Shown in pieces: positions 53,701 to 64,000 of a DNA stretch of 64,000 bases. The number at the start of each line of letters is the position of its first letter. Positions within the stretch are counted from its first letter, which is position 1. A model generated the notes under the pieces. That model had not been told where the DNA came from, made no database searches, and worked only from the letters and a program-made list of their open reading frames with translations. Position numbers and translations under genes: made by a program. The DNA is from Octopus bimaculoides (lineage: Eukaryota), in contig NC_068982.1 of the NCBI RefSeq assembly GCF_001194135.2, forward strand, positions 48,211,228 through 48,275,227. Reading direction: 5' to 3'.

Positions 53701-55203
53701 TCACATATGTATGTATATATNNNNNNNNNNNNNNNNNNNNNNNNNNNNNNNNNNNNNNNNNNNNNNNNNNNNNNNNNNNNNNNNNNNNNNNNNNNNNNNN
53801 NNNNNNNNNNNNNNNNNNNNNNNNNNNNNNNNNNNNNNNNNNNNNNNNNNNNNNNNNNNNNNNNNNNNNNNNNNNNNNNNNNNNNNNNNNNNNNNNNNNN
53901 NNNNNNNNNNNNNNNNNATATATATATATATATATATATAATGGTATTTTTATATAAGCTTAAAGCTTATGGCTATCACCATACAATGACTAAGGAAAAT
54001 AGTCTAATAAAGGGACGTAGAAACCCTTGACAGAAAAAGAAGTCTTTCCTATCCACATCATGATCATCATCATCACCATCATGATCATCATGATCATCAT
54101 TTAAAGTCTGCTTTTCATGCTAGCATGGTTTAACTGGAACTGGTAAACCAGAGAGCTGCATCAGGTTCCAGTCTGATTTGGCATAGTTTCTACAGCTGGA
54201 TGACCTTCCCACTAGCATAGCTAGCGTGTGTCCCACTTGGGGTTATCCTTCTATTTGTCGCCCCCAGACCCCACAAAAAACACATATTGTCTACAGCAAA
54301 CCCCCAAAGTGGTGCCCCCTTAACCCTTTTGTTACTGGATTTATTTTGAGCTGTTCTGTATTTCTTTCAATTACTTAAAATATTAAATATAACAAATAAT
54401 TTAGTAAAATCACTTCGTTATCATTAAGCTAGTGTTAGGTACATAAATAGTGATCGGAACATAAAATGACTAAGGTTTGGTGGAAGATTTTAATTTAAAA
54501 CTTATGAAAACAAAACATTTGTAGCCAGAGCCAGTTTCAGCCGGGTTGGTAACGAAAGGGTTAAAAGTGCTGTCGAGGGTGGACTTCCCCCCACCAACCT
54601 CCCACACTTCTAGCTACACTAGTGGCCCTCCCTAACACCATCTACTCCAAGAGTGTAACAGGTGCTTTTTACATAACACCGGTAATGACTGCAATTTCAT
54701 AAGTGTTGTTTACATGATACTGGTAACACCTTGTAGAATTTTAGTTGAACTAATTGACCCAGTGCTTATTTTCTTTTTAAGCCTGGTATTTCTGCTGAGT
54801 TCTGGGGATGTAAACACCAACACTGGTTGTCAAGCAGTGGTGGAGGACAAACACAAACACACACACACACGTATATGCAAGTCTTCTTTCAGTTTCTGTC
54901 GATCAAATCCATTCATAAGACTTTGATCAACCCGAGGCTATATAGCAGAAGACACTTGCCCAAGGTGCCACACGGTGGGACTGAACCTGGAACTGAAAGG
55001 TTGGGAAGCAAACTTCTTACCACACAGCCACACCTGCACCTATAACAAAAACATAACATACTTACTTCCATGTCTTTAAGTTCTAAGTTAGATACAATAT
55101 ATTCTGGTTTAAAATCTTTTTTCCTAAGAATGACTTGGTGGTCACCGTACAGTCTAACGCTGGAGACATCTTCTGCATCTGGACAATACGGGGTTCCTTT
55201 GGG
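8712..55203 (-). CDS. 3' part (four coding exons) of a classical protein tyrosine phosphatase-domain gene; 5' exons not found in window
   Basis: Four minus-strand exons with canonical AG/GT sites and compatible phases (0-0, 0-2, 2-0, 0-stop) splice into one open frame carrying PTP motifs in order: Y-x-[25 protein letters not shown]-x-x-x-VQT-x-x-QY. Confidence 0.93.
9216..9435. mobile_element. mariner-type MITE
   Basis: TA-flanked TIRs ...gaggtgctgaaaatttcctggc / gccaggaacttttcagcacctc...; related copies at 32146 (cut by a gap) and 56750-56966. Confidence 0.8.
9995..10372 (-). mobile_element. SINE family A
   Basis: Reverse complement of the 58500-58970 copy. Confidence 0.8.
11934..12393. 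mobile_element. hAT/Charlie-like MITE with a piggyBac MITE (12077-12297) inserted in it
   Basis: Ends cactggttctcagcc / tttgaggacca with atggacccc subterminal motifs; the inner element is bounded by TTAA at 12073-76 and 12298-301. Confidence 0.7.
14625..15330 (+). mobile_element. Three head-to-tail copies of SINE family B separated by (ATT)n tails
   Basis: Repeated unit gagctggcagaatcgttagc...gagttcaaatt...ggccttgtgcctagagtagaaaag starting near 14625, 14877 and 15106. Confidence 0.85.
16618..17419 (-). mobile_element. RTE LINE 3' fragment with 3' UTR and (ATG)n tail
   Basis: [15 protein letters not shown]...[13 protein letters not shown] is the classic RTE C-terminus; the 3' UTR has internal ttttacgtgccacc repeats. 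Confidence 0.9.
17421..17790 (+). mobile_element. SINE family A
   Basis: Head gacgcaagcatggttgtgtggtaagaagc and the standard body. Confidence 0.8.
18829..20290 (-). mobile_element. Decayed Tc1-family transposon with a near full-length transposase pseudogene (about 19240-20184)
   Basis: Minus strand reads [16 protein letters not shown]...[10 protein letters not shown]...[12 protein letters not shown]...[11 protein letters not shown]...HDNNLKH...DLNPFKNFW with stops and frameshifts; TA|CAGTG TIR end at 18827-18833. Confidence 0.9.
21225..21470 (-). mobile_element. RTE-tail-bearing SINE or LINE 3' end
   Basis: (ATC)n followed by gtttaacgtc...ttccatgct...cagctggatg(t)ccttcctaatgccaaccactccgagagtg; the same module occurs at 26460-26690, 39710-39930, 47030-47280, 54100, 61700-62050. 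Confidence 0.75.
24905..25220 (-). mobile_element. tRNA-headed SINE family C (other copies at 21520-21700 and 55835-56165)
   Basis: Head on the minus strand gaaggtgcatggcttagtggttagg...gagttcaattccc...tgtccttgagcaagacact; shared body ggaacagcctgctc...gtggctgagcactcc. Confidence 0.75.
26940..27290. repeat. (CAA)-rich low-complexity tract
   Basis: Degenerate caa/aac repeats. Confidence 0.8.
27969..28128. repeat. Perfect 58-bp inverted repeat around a (TA)n core
   Basis: 27969-28026 is the exact reverse complement of 28071-28128. Confidence 0.95.
28200..29260. repeat. Degenerate (CAT)/(CAC) trinucleotide low-complexity region
   Basis: Runs of cat/cac/tca that give His-, Ile- or Ser-rich spurious ORFs. 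Confidence 0.8.
29310..29802. mobile_element. hAT (Charlie/Buster-type) MITE with an 8-bp TSD, carrying an RTE+SINE chimeric insert
   Basis: Ends caggggctctcaac / gattgacaatcacag; TSD atctaaac (29302-09) and atctagac (29803-10), matching the nTCTAGAn target preference. Confidence 0.8.
29991..30275 (+). mobile_element. Helentron/HINE-like non-autonomous element
   Basis: 5' ttattacctccgcc...aaggcagaagt sub-TIR, internal gtttgtttgtctgt, 3' ccttggcaaaggtttgcactctctgaatgctcttg. Confidence 0.6.
32989..33343. repeat. 355-bp palindrome (arms of about 172 bp, 10-nt loop), probably a fold-back MITE
   Basis: 32989-33160 matches the reverse complement of 33171-33343 at roughly 80% by manual alignment. 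Confidence 0.9.
36001..36357 (-). mobile_element. Second copy of the HINE-like element, inverted
   Basis: Reverse-complement match to 29991-30275. Confidence 0.65.
38003..38360 (+). mobile_element. 5' fragment of a Tc1/mariner-superfamily element (N-terminal HTH)
   Basis: [17 protein letters not shown]...[23 protein letters not shown] resembles a transposase HTH; truncated and embedded in SINE A sequence. Confidence 0.6.
39109..39210. repeat. Perfect 51-bp tandem duplication
   Basis: aatgaaatttcctatcattcaggttatggataaatgaatctttaacagtgg occurs twice. Confidence 0.95.
39992..40151 (-). CDS. PTP exon C (160 nt): (S)[53 protein letters not shown]
   Basis: Acceptor ctttctgttttccag, donor AAG|gtaaga; P-loop GxGRTG and Q-loop VQTxxQY. 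Confidence 0.95.
41800..42188. mobile_element. MITE with about 105-bp TIRs
   Basis: agaggtaatatttatc...ctatactgcagtagatacca...ggtgca is inverted relative to tgcacc...ggtatctactgcagtatag...gataaatattacctct. Confidence 0.75.
43847..44266. mobile_element. Head-to-tail dimer of piggyBac MITE P1
   Basis: TTAA at 43843-46, 44062-65 and 44267-70; two successive bodies. Confidence 0.85.
44606..44751 (-). CDS. PTP exon B (146 nt): [48 protein letters not shown](S)
   Basis: Acceptor ttttttattttacag, donor AG|gtgagc; WPD-loop region and VVHCS, with the phase-2 intron in the Ser codon that is typical of PTP genes. Confidence 0.95.
45449..48835. repeat. Inverted duplication of about 430 bp (45449-45878 and 48408-48835)
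   Basis: Near-identical reverse-complement copies, including non-SINE sequence; the track ORFs 45439-45663(-) and 48615-48839(+) are almost identical. Confidence 0.92.
51710..51929. mobile_element. piggyBac MITE P1
   Basis: TTAA|ccctttagcatt...gtgaaacgg|TTAA. Confidence 0.8.
54210..54624. mobile_element. hAT-like MITE inserted in an RTE-tail SINE, itself containing a second piggyBac MITE (54324-54560)
   Basis: TIR cactagcatagctag / ctagctacactagtg with 8-bp TSD-like gaccttcc / gccctccc; inner TIR cccttttgttac / gtaacgaaaggg with TTAA on both sides. Confidence 0.8.
54720..55040 (-). mobile_element. SINE family A starting about 25 nt downstream of the exon A donor
   Basis: Head ggtgcaggtgtggctgtgtggtaagaag on the minus strand. 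Confidence 0.8.
55066..55203 (-). CDS. PTP exon A (138 nt): [46 protein letters not shown]
   Basis: Acceptor ttttataattctag, donor GAA|gtaagt; matches the KCxxYWP...YG...V-x-L region of PTP domains. Confidence 0.88.
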
Positions 55204-56749
55204 CTAGAATTATAAAAAAAGTAGAAATAAAGATATTGATTAAACTCTTGTTTATGAAGCGTTTTTAAGAGAGGAAGCTAAAATAAATTCAAATGAAACA
55301 GGTTAAGTTTGTTTTTATGCAACAAAAGTCTTTGAAAATAATTACAATTACAAGTCTCTTAACCCCTTAGGGTTCGTTGGAGAGTGCTGCAGCCATGCAG
55401 AGTCTCTAGGTCAAGGAAGTCTGGTGGAGCCGATCCCTCTCCAGGCTAAACTCATTTCTACAACTGAGTGGACTGGAGCAACATTAAACGAAGTGTTTTG
55501 CACAAGAACAACAGCAGATCACCTGGTCCAGGGATTGAAATCACAATCTTACAATCGTGAATCTAACACCCTAACCACTTGGTGATGCACCTCCACTAAT
55601 GGTACTCATTTATACAGCCAAATGGACTAGAACAACGTGAAATGAAGAGTTTTGCTGAAGAACACTATGCATTGCCTGGTCCGGGAATCAAAACCGCAAT
55701 CTTATGATTGTGAGTTCAACACCCTAACCACTAAGCCATGTGCCTCCACTTGAAAATAAAAAGCTCAGTTTAAGTATATATTATTCTGCTCTGTTTGGTG
55801 CCTATGAAATTTAATACTCTACTATATATTCTGGCACTCTGTCGGTTAGGACAATGAGAGTTCCAGTTAATCCAGTCAATGGAACAGCCAGCTCACAAAA
55901 TTAATGTGCAAGTGGCTGAGCACTCGACTGACATGTATATCCTTAACGTAGTCCTCAGAGAGATTCAGCATGACAGAGAGTGTGACAAAGTTAGTCCTTT
56001 GAAATACAGGTACTACTCATTTTTCATTTTTGCCAGCTGAGTGGACTGAAGCAATGTGAAATAAAGTGTCTTGTTTAAGGACACAATGCATTGCCAAGAA
56101 TTGAACTCACAATCTTACAATCATGAGCTGAACACCCTAACCACTAAGCAACACACCTTCACATGAAATGTAATACTCTTCTTCTAAACTATGTAATGAT
56201 TTGCAGTGCCATAAGGTGGTTGCTGTCACAGAGCATGCTACTATCTCGAGTCTACTACTCTGTCGATATTATTTAAGTTATGTCTATTCATAATATAATT
56301 TCAACCTTATTTAGTCTGGTTTTGAGTGTGTATTGCTAAATTAGAAAACATGATCAGATTATATTAGGATATAAAAAGAACTGAATTATTACAATGAAAA
56401 TTTACCAACTTTATTGGAAGGTGTGTAGTGCTTACCTAAAACACTCAGAATCTATGCTCCTGATGATTTCTAACCTAAATCACAAGGCCAAACAGTTTGA
56501 GTGAAGTTATAGTTGATTATATCAAACCTATCCTATCAAGTATTTAACCAATCCTATTGATCCTGCAAAGACGACTAGTGTCCTCATTTAGGTTGTTATA
56601 GTTACATTGTTTCAAAACTGAACACTTTAAGAAATCCACAGAAACAGATTAGTTTTATTTTTATTGTCCGTCCCAGGGATTTGTTTTATCATTTATTCTC
56701 CTATTTGTGATGCCATCCTCATGCTCTCAGTTGAGAACATAAATGTATA

Positions 56750-56966
56750 CGAGAAGGTGCCAAAAAGTTCCTGGCTTTCAGGATATTGCGAAAGGCTTGG
56801 TTGGAGGCCCAACTTTCTGAGTTCTTTTACAGGGCTTAGAAAAACTGAAGGACTGTTGCAATAAGTGTGTGAATCTGAAAGGGGAATATGTTAAATAAAG
56901 TTGTAAGTAACTGATCCTCCTGTATTTTCTTTTACGCAAAGCCAGAAACTTCTCAGCACCTTTTTG
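56750..56966. mobile_element. mariner-type MITE
   Basis: TA|cgagaaggtgccaaaaagttcctggc ... gccagaaacttctcagcaccttt..g|TA. Confidence 0.75.
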
Positions 56967-58499
56967 TATGTAAATTGCATACCTCGGTGTACTTTATCAG
57001 GTACTTTACCAATTTTGTCACTCTACGGTCCCTTTTGTTTATATTGAACAACAAGACTGTTTTTTCTATTCACAAATGATTGTGTTTGAATTGCATCAGT
57101 AGTGCTTTAAGTATTCATTACCTTAAACAATTACTGGTAGTCTACTCCAAAATATTTATCAAAAACAACATACAAGTATACATATCTACATAGTGATGTA
57201 CTTTTCTCATTTATAAAGCTACTCTTTTTAACTTTTACTTGTTTCAGTCATAAGGTTGCAGCCATGCTAGGGCACCACCTTGAAGGATCTTTAGTCAAAT
57301 GAATCAACCCAGTACTTAATTTTTTCTGCTAAGCCTGGTATTCATTCTATCAAATTCTTTTGCTGAACTGCTAAGTTATAAGGACATATTCACACCAACA
57401 CTGGTTGTCAAGCAGTAGTGGAAGATGAACACAGACACTAAGACACACACATGCACACACAAATATATACGAGGGGCTTCTTTCAGTTTCCATCTACCAG
57501 ATCTACTCACAAGGCTTTGGTTGGCCTGAGGCTACACTAGAAAACACTTGCCCAAGGTGCCATGCAGTGGGACTGAACCCAAAAATTATCTGGGTTATAC
57601 CACATTCAAATTAAAATTAATTTCTTGGTTTTATAGTATTTATCTAGCAATGAAATATTGTTAAAATGAACTAATGTGGGGCCATATTACAGGTTTGTAA
57701 AAATCAGCCTGCTGATGAAGCAGGTTTGCACTGACTATGCTGCATTGATAAGGTTTTATATGGTTGGAACATGTCCATTGCTGTCATTGTCTCCATTAAC
57801 AAAGAGTAGATTTTATCTAGATAAAGATTTAATTTTTCAAAATTAATTTTCAAATTCTCGAAATTATTTCCATATTTTTTCCTTGTAACATGAATGATTG
57901 CTGCTAGGTTTTTGGTTTCTTTCCTAATCAAAAAAGAAATCCCTATTAATTAAAGAAAATTTGTGTACCGCATTTGCTACACCAACGTCCATTTGATTTA
58001 TCCATGCCAATATTTTATTTGAGTTACTTCTCTTAAGTCAATTTTGTTTAATATTTTGCTAATTACTGCTGGCCTATAAACTTAGTAATCCTTCCTCTAT
58101 ATGTAAAAACTCCTGTCAGCTGATCAAGAAGTTCATGCTATGCTGTACTACAAGGCCTAATAAGACAATATATATTTGTTTCGATTCAATCAGAGCTGAC
58201 TAAGGGTTAAATGATAGCAACAATATTGTTAAAAACATTCAATTATACAAATCTGAGAGAAAAAATATAAAGAAAAACACCCAACAAAAGATCATATTGA
58301 ACAAATAATTAAAAAATAATCTGAGATTATTTGTTTTGAAACTGTAGGTATATTAACTGCTATTTTTCCATATAGTTTGAATGAGAAAATTAATTTCTCA
58401 ACTAGGTCTTAAAACATTGTTTTAGATATTGGTTTCAACAAAAGGGTGAAGAATAAGTGATAGAATTGTATGACATGTATAACAAGATTTTTTACTGTT

Positions 58500-58664
58500 G
58501 GTGCAGGAGTGGCTGTGTGGTAAGTAGATTGCTTACCAACCACATGGTTCTGGGTTCAGTCCCACTGCATGGCACTTTGGGCAAGTGTCTTCTACTATAG
58601 CCTCAGGCCAACCAAAGCCTTGTGAGTGGATTCGGTAGACAGAAACTGAAAGAAGCCTGTCATA

Positions 58665-58713
<49 letters not shown>

Positions 58714-58970
58714 ACATATATATACACACATATATATATATATATATATATGTATATATGTTTGTGCGTCTGTGTTTGTCCCCACACCATCGCTTGACAA
58801 CCGATGCTGGTGTGTTTACGTCCCCCGTAACAAAGCGGTTCGGCAAAAAGAGACTGATAGAATAAGTACTAGGCTTACAAAGAATAAGTCCTGGGGTCAA
58901 ATTTCTCGACTAAAGGCGGTGCTCCAGCATGGCCGCAGTCAAATGACTGAAACAAGTAAGAGTAAAGAGT
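58500..58970 (+). mobile_element. Young, full-length SINE family A
   Basis: tRNA-like head, CpG-retaining body, internal (TA/CA)n and gtaa(a)gag tail. Confidence 0.9.
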
Positions 58971-60763
58971 ATGTAAAGAACAAAGATGTGAAACTATTTA
59001 TGTTTATTTGTTCATGGTTTAATGTTTGGTTTTCCATGTAAATAAAGGTTGGGTGGAGACTTGTTTGAAACAGGATTTTGCTTTCCCCATCACCAACCCT
59101 TACCTGTTTTTTAAGTAGGAGATTTTCCTATTCCATGCGTCATCAAAAGTGCCAAGTGGCCAAACATAATGTCAAGAAGGTATGTGAATATCACATCACT
59201 ATTTTACTCAGGCAGCGACAAGTAAAGCCATGAGATATCACCATTCATACACATTCACTTGCACAACCACACATGCACACATGCACATACAATAGGTTTC
59301 TTAGATAAGTATATCCATAAGGCATTATTCAGCCTAGGGCTATAATAGAAGATACTTGTCAAAGGTATTGCATAGTAGGACAGAATCCAAAGCCACATAT
59401 ATACATATGTTATGTGTGACTGCATGTCTGTATATAATTGGATTACACGATAATAGTTACAATATTTGGCACAAGGCTAGCAAATTTGGGGAGAAGCTAA
59501 GTCAGTTAAATCAGCCCCAGTGCTCAAATGGTACTTGATTTATCGACCTCTGAAAGAATGAAAGGCAAAGTCGACCACGACAGAATTTGAACTCAGAAGA
59601 TATAGACAGATGAAATGCCGCTAAGCATTTTATCCAGTGTGCTAATGATTCCACCAGCTTGCCGCCTTTGGATTATCTGATAATATAGGCATGTTGTACA
59701 AGCTTGTCTGACTACTATCTTATCAGAGGCATGAAACTTATAATAACTTACATTTAAATAGTATATTCATATCTATATATATATATATAATGCAAACTTA
59801 CAGAAAACAAAAGATGAAGACAGATGAGGGAACAACAAGCAAGTGTATTAGTTTGATGCTTGGGAAGAATGGAAGAGTCTTTGACATTTTGAGCCTACAC
59901 TTTTCAACAGACAGGGTTGAGAGGGCAAAAATGGAGAGAGAAAAAATGTGTAGGGATTAATCGTTCAACAGGATAAAATGACCAGAAGAAAGAAGCTGAG
60001 TGAAAGGGAAATAATAACAGTGACCAAGCTGAACAAGCATGATACATATATATATATATACATATATATATATGTAATCTATTCCTCTTAATTACATAGC
60101 CTTGATGAGTGAAATTGCTATGCAATTAGCCAAATTCACATGGGAGGCGATAAATTACAAGTTTCAACATATTGTTGGGAGTAACATATTATGGCTATGT
60201 TACATAAGCATGAATTATGATAAAAGAATTTTTTTTACTGATAGGACATTTTATCTATGTAATTTGCTTATACTTCATTTAGTTAAGGTTCTTTCTTCCT
60301 TTTTATTTTGTTTTTCTTTGATATCTCTCAGCATGATCCCCTATGATGTTTTCCAGTTCTCCAGATTCATGGAATTCTGCAATAATAACATTCACACATT
60401 CTGACATAATCGATGATAACAATTAGGGTTATGCAGGTTAAGAAAAAAAATTTAATCGGGTTAATCATAGGCTAATGTATTTGATAATGGAAACAACAAA
60501 ATGATGGCCATTCATTGCTTGATTCAAAACTAACCTTTAAAACCTTCTATACAAAATGAAGGAAGATTTATTTAACAATTTTATTGCACAATAAAATATA
60601 CGCAATATATATACTACAATATTCCGTATGGTAAATGGATAGTAATTATATATTGAATATATTTAACTCATTTGACATTTTAGCTCATCATGAAAGTGAA
60701 AGTTACTAGTTTTTCTTTATATATCAAATAATTGGAATCAGCCATGTGTGTGTATGTATGTAT

Positions 60764-60798
<35 letters not shown>

Positions 60799-62990
60799 AG
60801 TCCACAGATGAGATCCAAAGATTTTCAGTACAGAAGACACTTATTAGTGCTCAAAAAGATTCAAACCTAGACTCTGAAGTCTTTACAGGGATTTACAGGA
60901 GATCAACATGGTAAAGAGTGGCTATAAGAGGGATCAAGTTGAGCAGATATACAACTGTTGGACTTATAACACCTTTCTTCTACCCCTCTAATTTTCTCTG
61001 TCATTTGTATTCTGTGTAAGTTGGATCTATTAATATAAATATCTCAATATATGTTAAATCTCTGAACGAGGTACTTCACTTTATCTCAATATATTTCTAC
61101 TTAAATATTCATTGTCTGAAAGTCTCCATCTTTTGCTTTTTCTTGTTTTACATGTAAACATAAATACATAGTTTGTGTTTCATGCCCAAACTGTTATATT
61201 ATATTTAATATATCTAATTTGTTTATCCATATAATTGGCATATAATATATATATATCAGAAAGAATGAAGGTCCTTTGAAAGTCATAGGCTTAGAAGGCA
61301 GGTTTCCTAGATTTTGTTGCATAAATATTCCTCCACTGGATGGGATGCTGGTCTGTTAGAGGATTACTCATTTTTGCCATCTGAGCAGACTGGAGTGACA
61401 TGAAATGAAGTGTTTTGCTCAAGAACACTATGCTTCTCCTGCATACACAAATACATCTACGATGAGCTAAAAAGGCAAAGGTTTATGATTCTAGCTAACA
61501 AACAACTAATGTTAAAGAGTTAAATTTATTCAATATTTCATTACTATCCATTTATCATACTGATTATTGTTGTATATGTATCATATTTTATTGTGCAATA
61601 AAACTCTTCAATAAATCTTCCTTCGTTTTGTATAGAATGTTTTAAAAGGGTTTGTATGTTTGGAAGTTGGGAGGAATGTTTGTGTCTCCTTGTCTTGACA
61701 TTGTATCATAGCTGCAAAACGTGTATTACAATCACAAATGGTACTGTTTATATCCAGTTTCTTCTGAGGTGATGGTTGGCAACTGGATGGGCATTGGCTG
61801 TAGAAAATCTGCCGTGAACAATTCAGCCTGATGCATGCAAGTATGGAAAAAGTGTACATTAAAACTATGAAGATGATGCTGATGGGTGACAGCACCAGCG
61901 ATGGTGCCATGCAAAAAGCACACATAACTCTTTGTGAAGTAATTAATGATAGGAAGAGAATCCAGCATAGAGCAGCTCTTTAGCTTGTCAGTTTATGTTG
62001 AACTGCCAAACTCATGCTAGCATGGAAAAAGGGAGATGTTAAATCATGATGATGATATATACATTTATATATATATCAATGTCGCACATATATGATTGTG
62101 ATGCATGTGCCTGGTGTACCTTATCAGACAGGTAGTCATGATGGGTATGCTGGGCTTCGATGGCATGCATTTCTCACATTCAATAATAATGATTCATTGT
62201 AAAATAGGCACCAGGCCTGAAAAATAATAATAACAACATAATTATTGTATAAAGTATTTCTTCTACATTTGTTCTTCTTGAGGAAGAGTTTAGTTAACTC
62301 TTATGAGGAAGCACTCCAGATGTAGAACATAAATAGCTTGATGCTATTCTAAGAAAAAGCTTTAACCCTTTAGCGTTCAAATTACTTAGTCATATGCAAT
62401 GCTTGTTTATTCACATGTTTTGAATTAATCATGCATTAACTTGTAGCTTCAAGATTTTGATGATGTGAATATTTATGTTTAGAAGTGCATTGTGGGATCT
62501 GGACAGTTTGAACATAAATATTTGGGTCCCATTTGGCTGTTTTAAGTACAAAGGAATAGGAAGTTGCAACTGAAGCTGCAAAGACAGCATGTATTGAACA
62601 TAAGAGAATGACACAATATTTCAATTGAAAATATTGAAATCCTGATGTTGTGATCTGCAGTGAGTCAACATATACATAAAGCTATTGTTGAGGCACAAGA
62701 AGTTTCAAGAATTCTGGGAATGCAAGTACAACAACAAATGAATATATATTGAGTTTGCTTAAATGTGAAGGCTAAAATAAATTTAACAACCAAGTATTCT
62801 TATAATCACGTGAGAAAATAAAAAAACATATTTGAGAAACAAGTTGATAAAATATTATGTCACTATGTTATGAATATTTTATTAGATTCTTGTCAGACAT
62901 GGTAAATCTAGAATGAAATATTGTAGCTGTCATCTTCTCACCACCTGCCATGACATCTAGACAGAAAACAATATAAATTAAAGAGATTAC

Positions 62991-63025
<35 letters not shown>

Positions 63026-63034
63026 CTTTTCTTT

Positions 63035-63237
63035 TCTACTCTAGGCACAAGGCCTGAAATGTTTGGGCAGGGGGGGGCCAGTCGATTAGATCGACCCCAG
63101 TACGTAACTGGTACTTAATTTATCGACTCTGAAAGGATGAAAGGCAAAGTTGACCTTGGCGGAATTTGAACTCAGAACGTAAAGATGGACGAAATACCGC
63201 TAAGCATTTCACCCGGCATGCTAACGTTTCTGCCAAC
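63035..63237 (-). mobile_element. Young SINE family B with an (ATT)n tail
   Basis: Retains CpGs; (taa)n at 62990-63025; truncated at the head. Confidence 0.85.
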
Positions 63238-63569
63238 AATAATAAGGCAAGCTGGCAAAAATGTTTACATGCCGGATGAAATGCTACTCAACATGAAGAA
63301 AATTCTAACTGGGTCCCACCTGCAAGATCATGCATTGTTTAGCTTGAGATTACCCTGCTGTCCTGTTATTATTTTTATTGTATTTGTGTAACATTGCTCG
63401 TTTTTTCTGTCCTTGTTTTTGTATACATTCGCTGCTTTCTTCTAAGGAATCTAATGCTCTTAGCTTAGTTTTTCTTTGGGGCTGGCCAGATTGGAGCAAT
63501 ATCGAGTATAACCAGCCAAAATTGCAAAGATAATCTGGATCTAGACTGATGAAAGAAAACTCCAAACTC

Positions 63570-63975
63570 TTATTTATTGGTAAAAAAAATATTTTTATAT
63601 AAATTCACTTGTTATTTATTGTTAGTTGATATCCTATTTAACGCTAAGTTAATAGTTTGACATTTTAGTTTAAACCAAATCTTCTATAAGATTAGTGTTG
63701 CATTTATTTTCAATAATATTGTTTAATGTTTCTCTTTGATTTATTGGTAAAATAAGTATTTTTATATAAATTCATTTATTGTTAGTTAATATTCTAATAA
63801 ACACTAAGTTAATAGTATAACGTTTAAATTTTATTTTAAACTAAAGCTTCGGTAAGAATTATATCGTTAAATATTTTTCTTTTATTTATTGTAAAAATAA
63901 GTACTTTTACTTATTGATAAAATAAATATTTTTATATAAATTCATTTGTTATTTATTGTTGGTTGATATATATTT
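63570..63975. repeat. Diverged AT-rich tandem repeat with a unit of about 170 bp
   Basis: The motif tttattg(g)taaaa..tatttttatataaattca.ttgttatttattgtt recurs near 63572, 63740 and 63912. Confidence 0.7.
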
Positions 63976-64000
63976 TATTATTATTGATGTATTTGACCTG

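Noticed and set aside
58500-58580. tRNA-like sequences (also at 14877, 25150-25220 and 47700)
   Set aside because: They are SINE heads that continue into SINE bodies, with no complete cloverleaf
55204-64000. Upstream PTP exon (YIATQGP / DFWxMxW region)
   Set aside because: Not found by eye; it probably lies beyond the window, although a very divergent exon could have been missed
1-64000. CRISPR arrays, operons or other prokaryotic systems
   Set aside because: The sequence is eukaryotic intronic DNA; the repeats are SINEs, MITEs and microsatellites with no repeat-spacer structure

Overview
AT-rich, microsatellite- and repeat-dense metazoan genomic DNA from a gapped short-read-style assembly. 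The SINE, RTE-LINE and MITE families look like those of Octopus, which is an inference from repeat recognition. The only protein-coding gene I can support is missed by the ORF track. It consists of the last four coding exons (minus strand: 55066-55203, 44606-44751, 39992-40151, 8712-8801) of a classical protein-tyrosine-phosphatase-domain protein, with GT-AG introns of 10.3, 4.5 and 31.2 kb. Its 5' part probably lies beyond base 64000. The spliced peptide is [177 protein letters not shown]. It keeps the catalytic Cys/Arg and the Q-loop, but has WPA instead of WPD, which makes it a candidate natural substrate-trap or pseudophosphatase. The introns are filled with tRNA-derived SINEs, RTE remnants, a decayed Tc1 and piggyBac-, hAT-, mariner- and Helentron-type MITEs, several of them nested. 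They also contain long inverted repeats able to form dsRNA in the pre-mRNA, and local duplications attached to SINE 5' ends. Nearly all ORFs in the supplied track are microsatellite or repeat artefacts.
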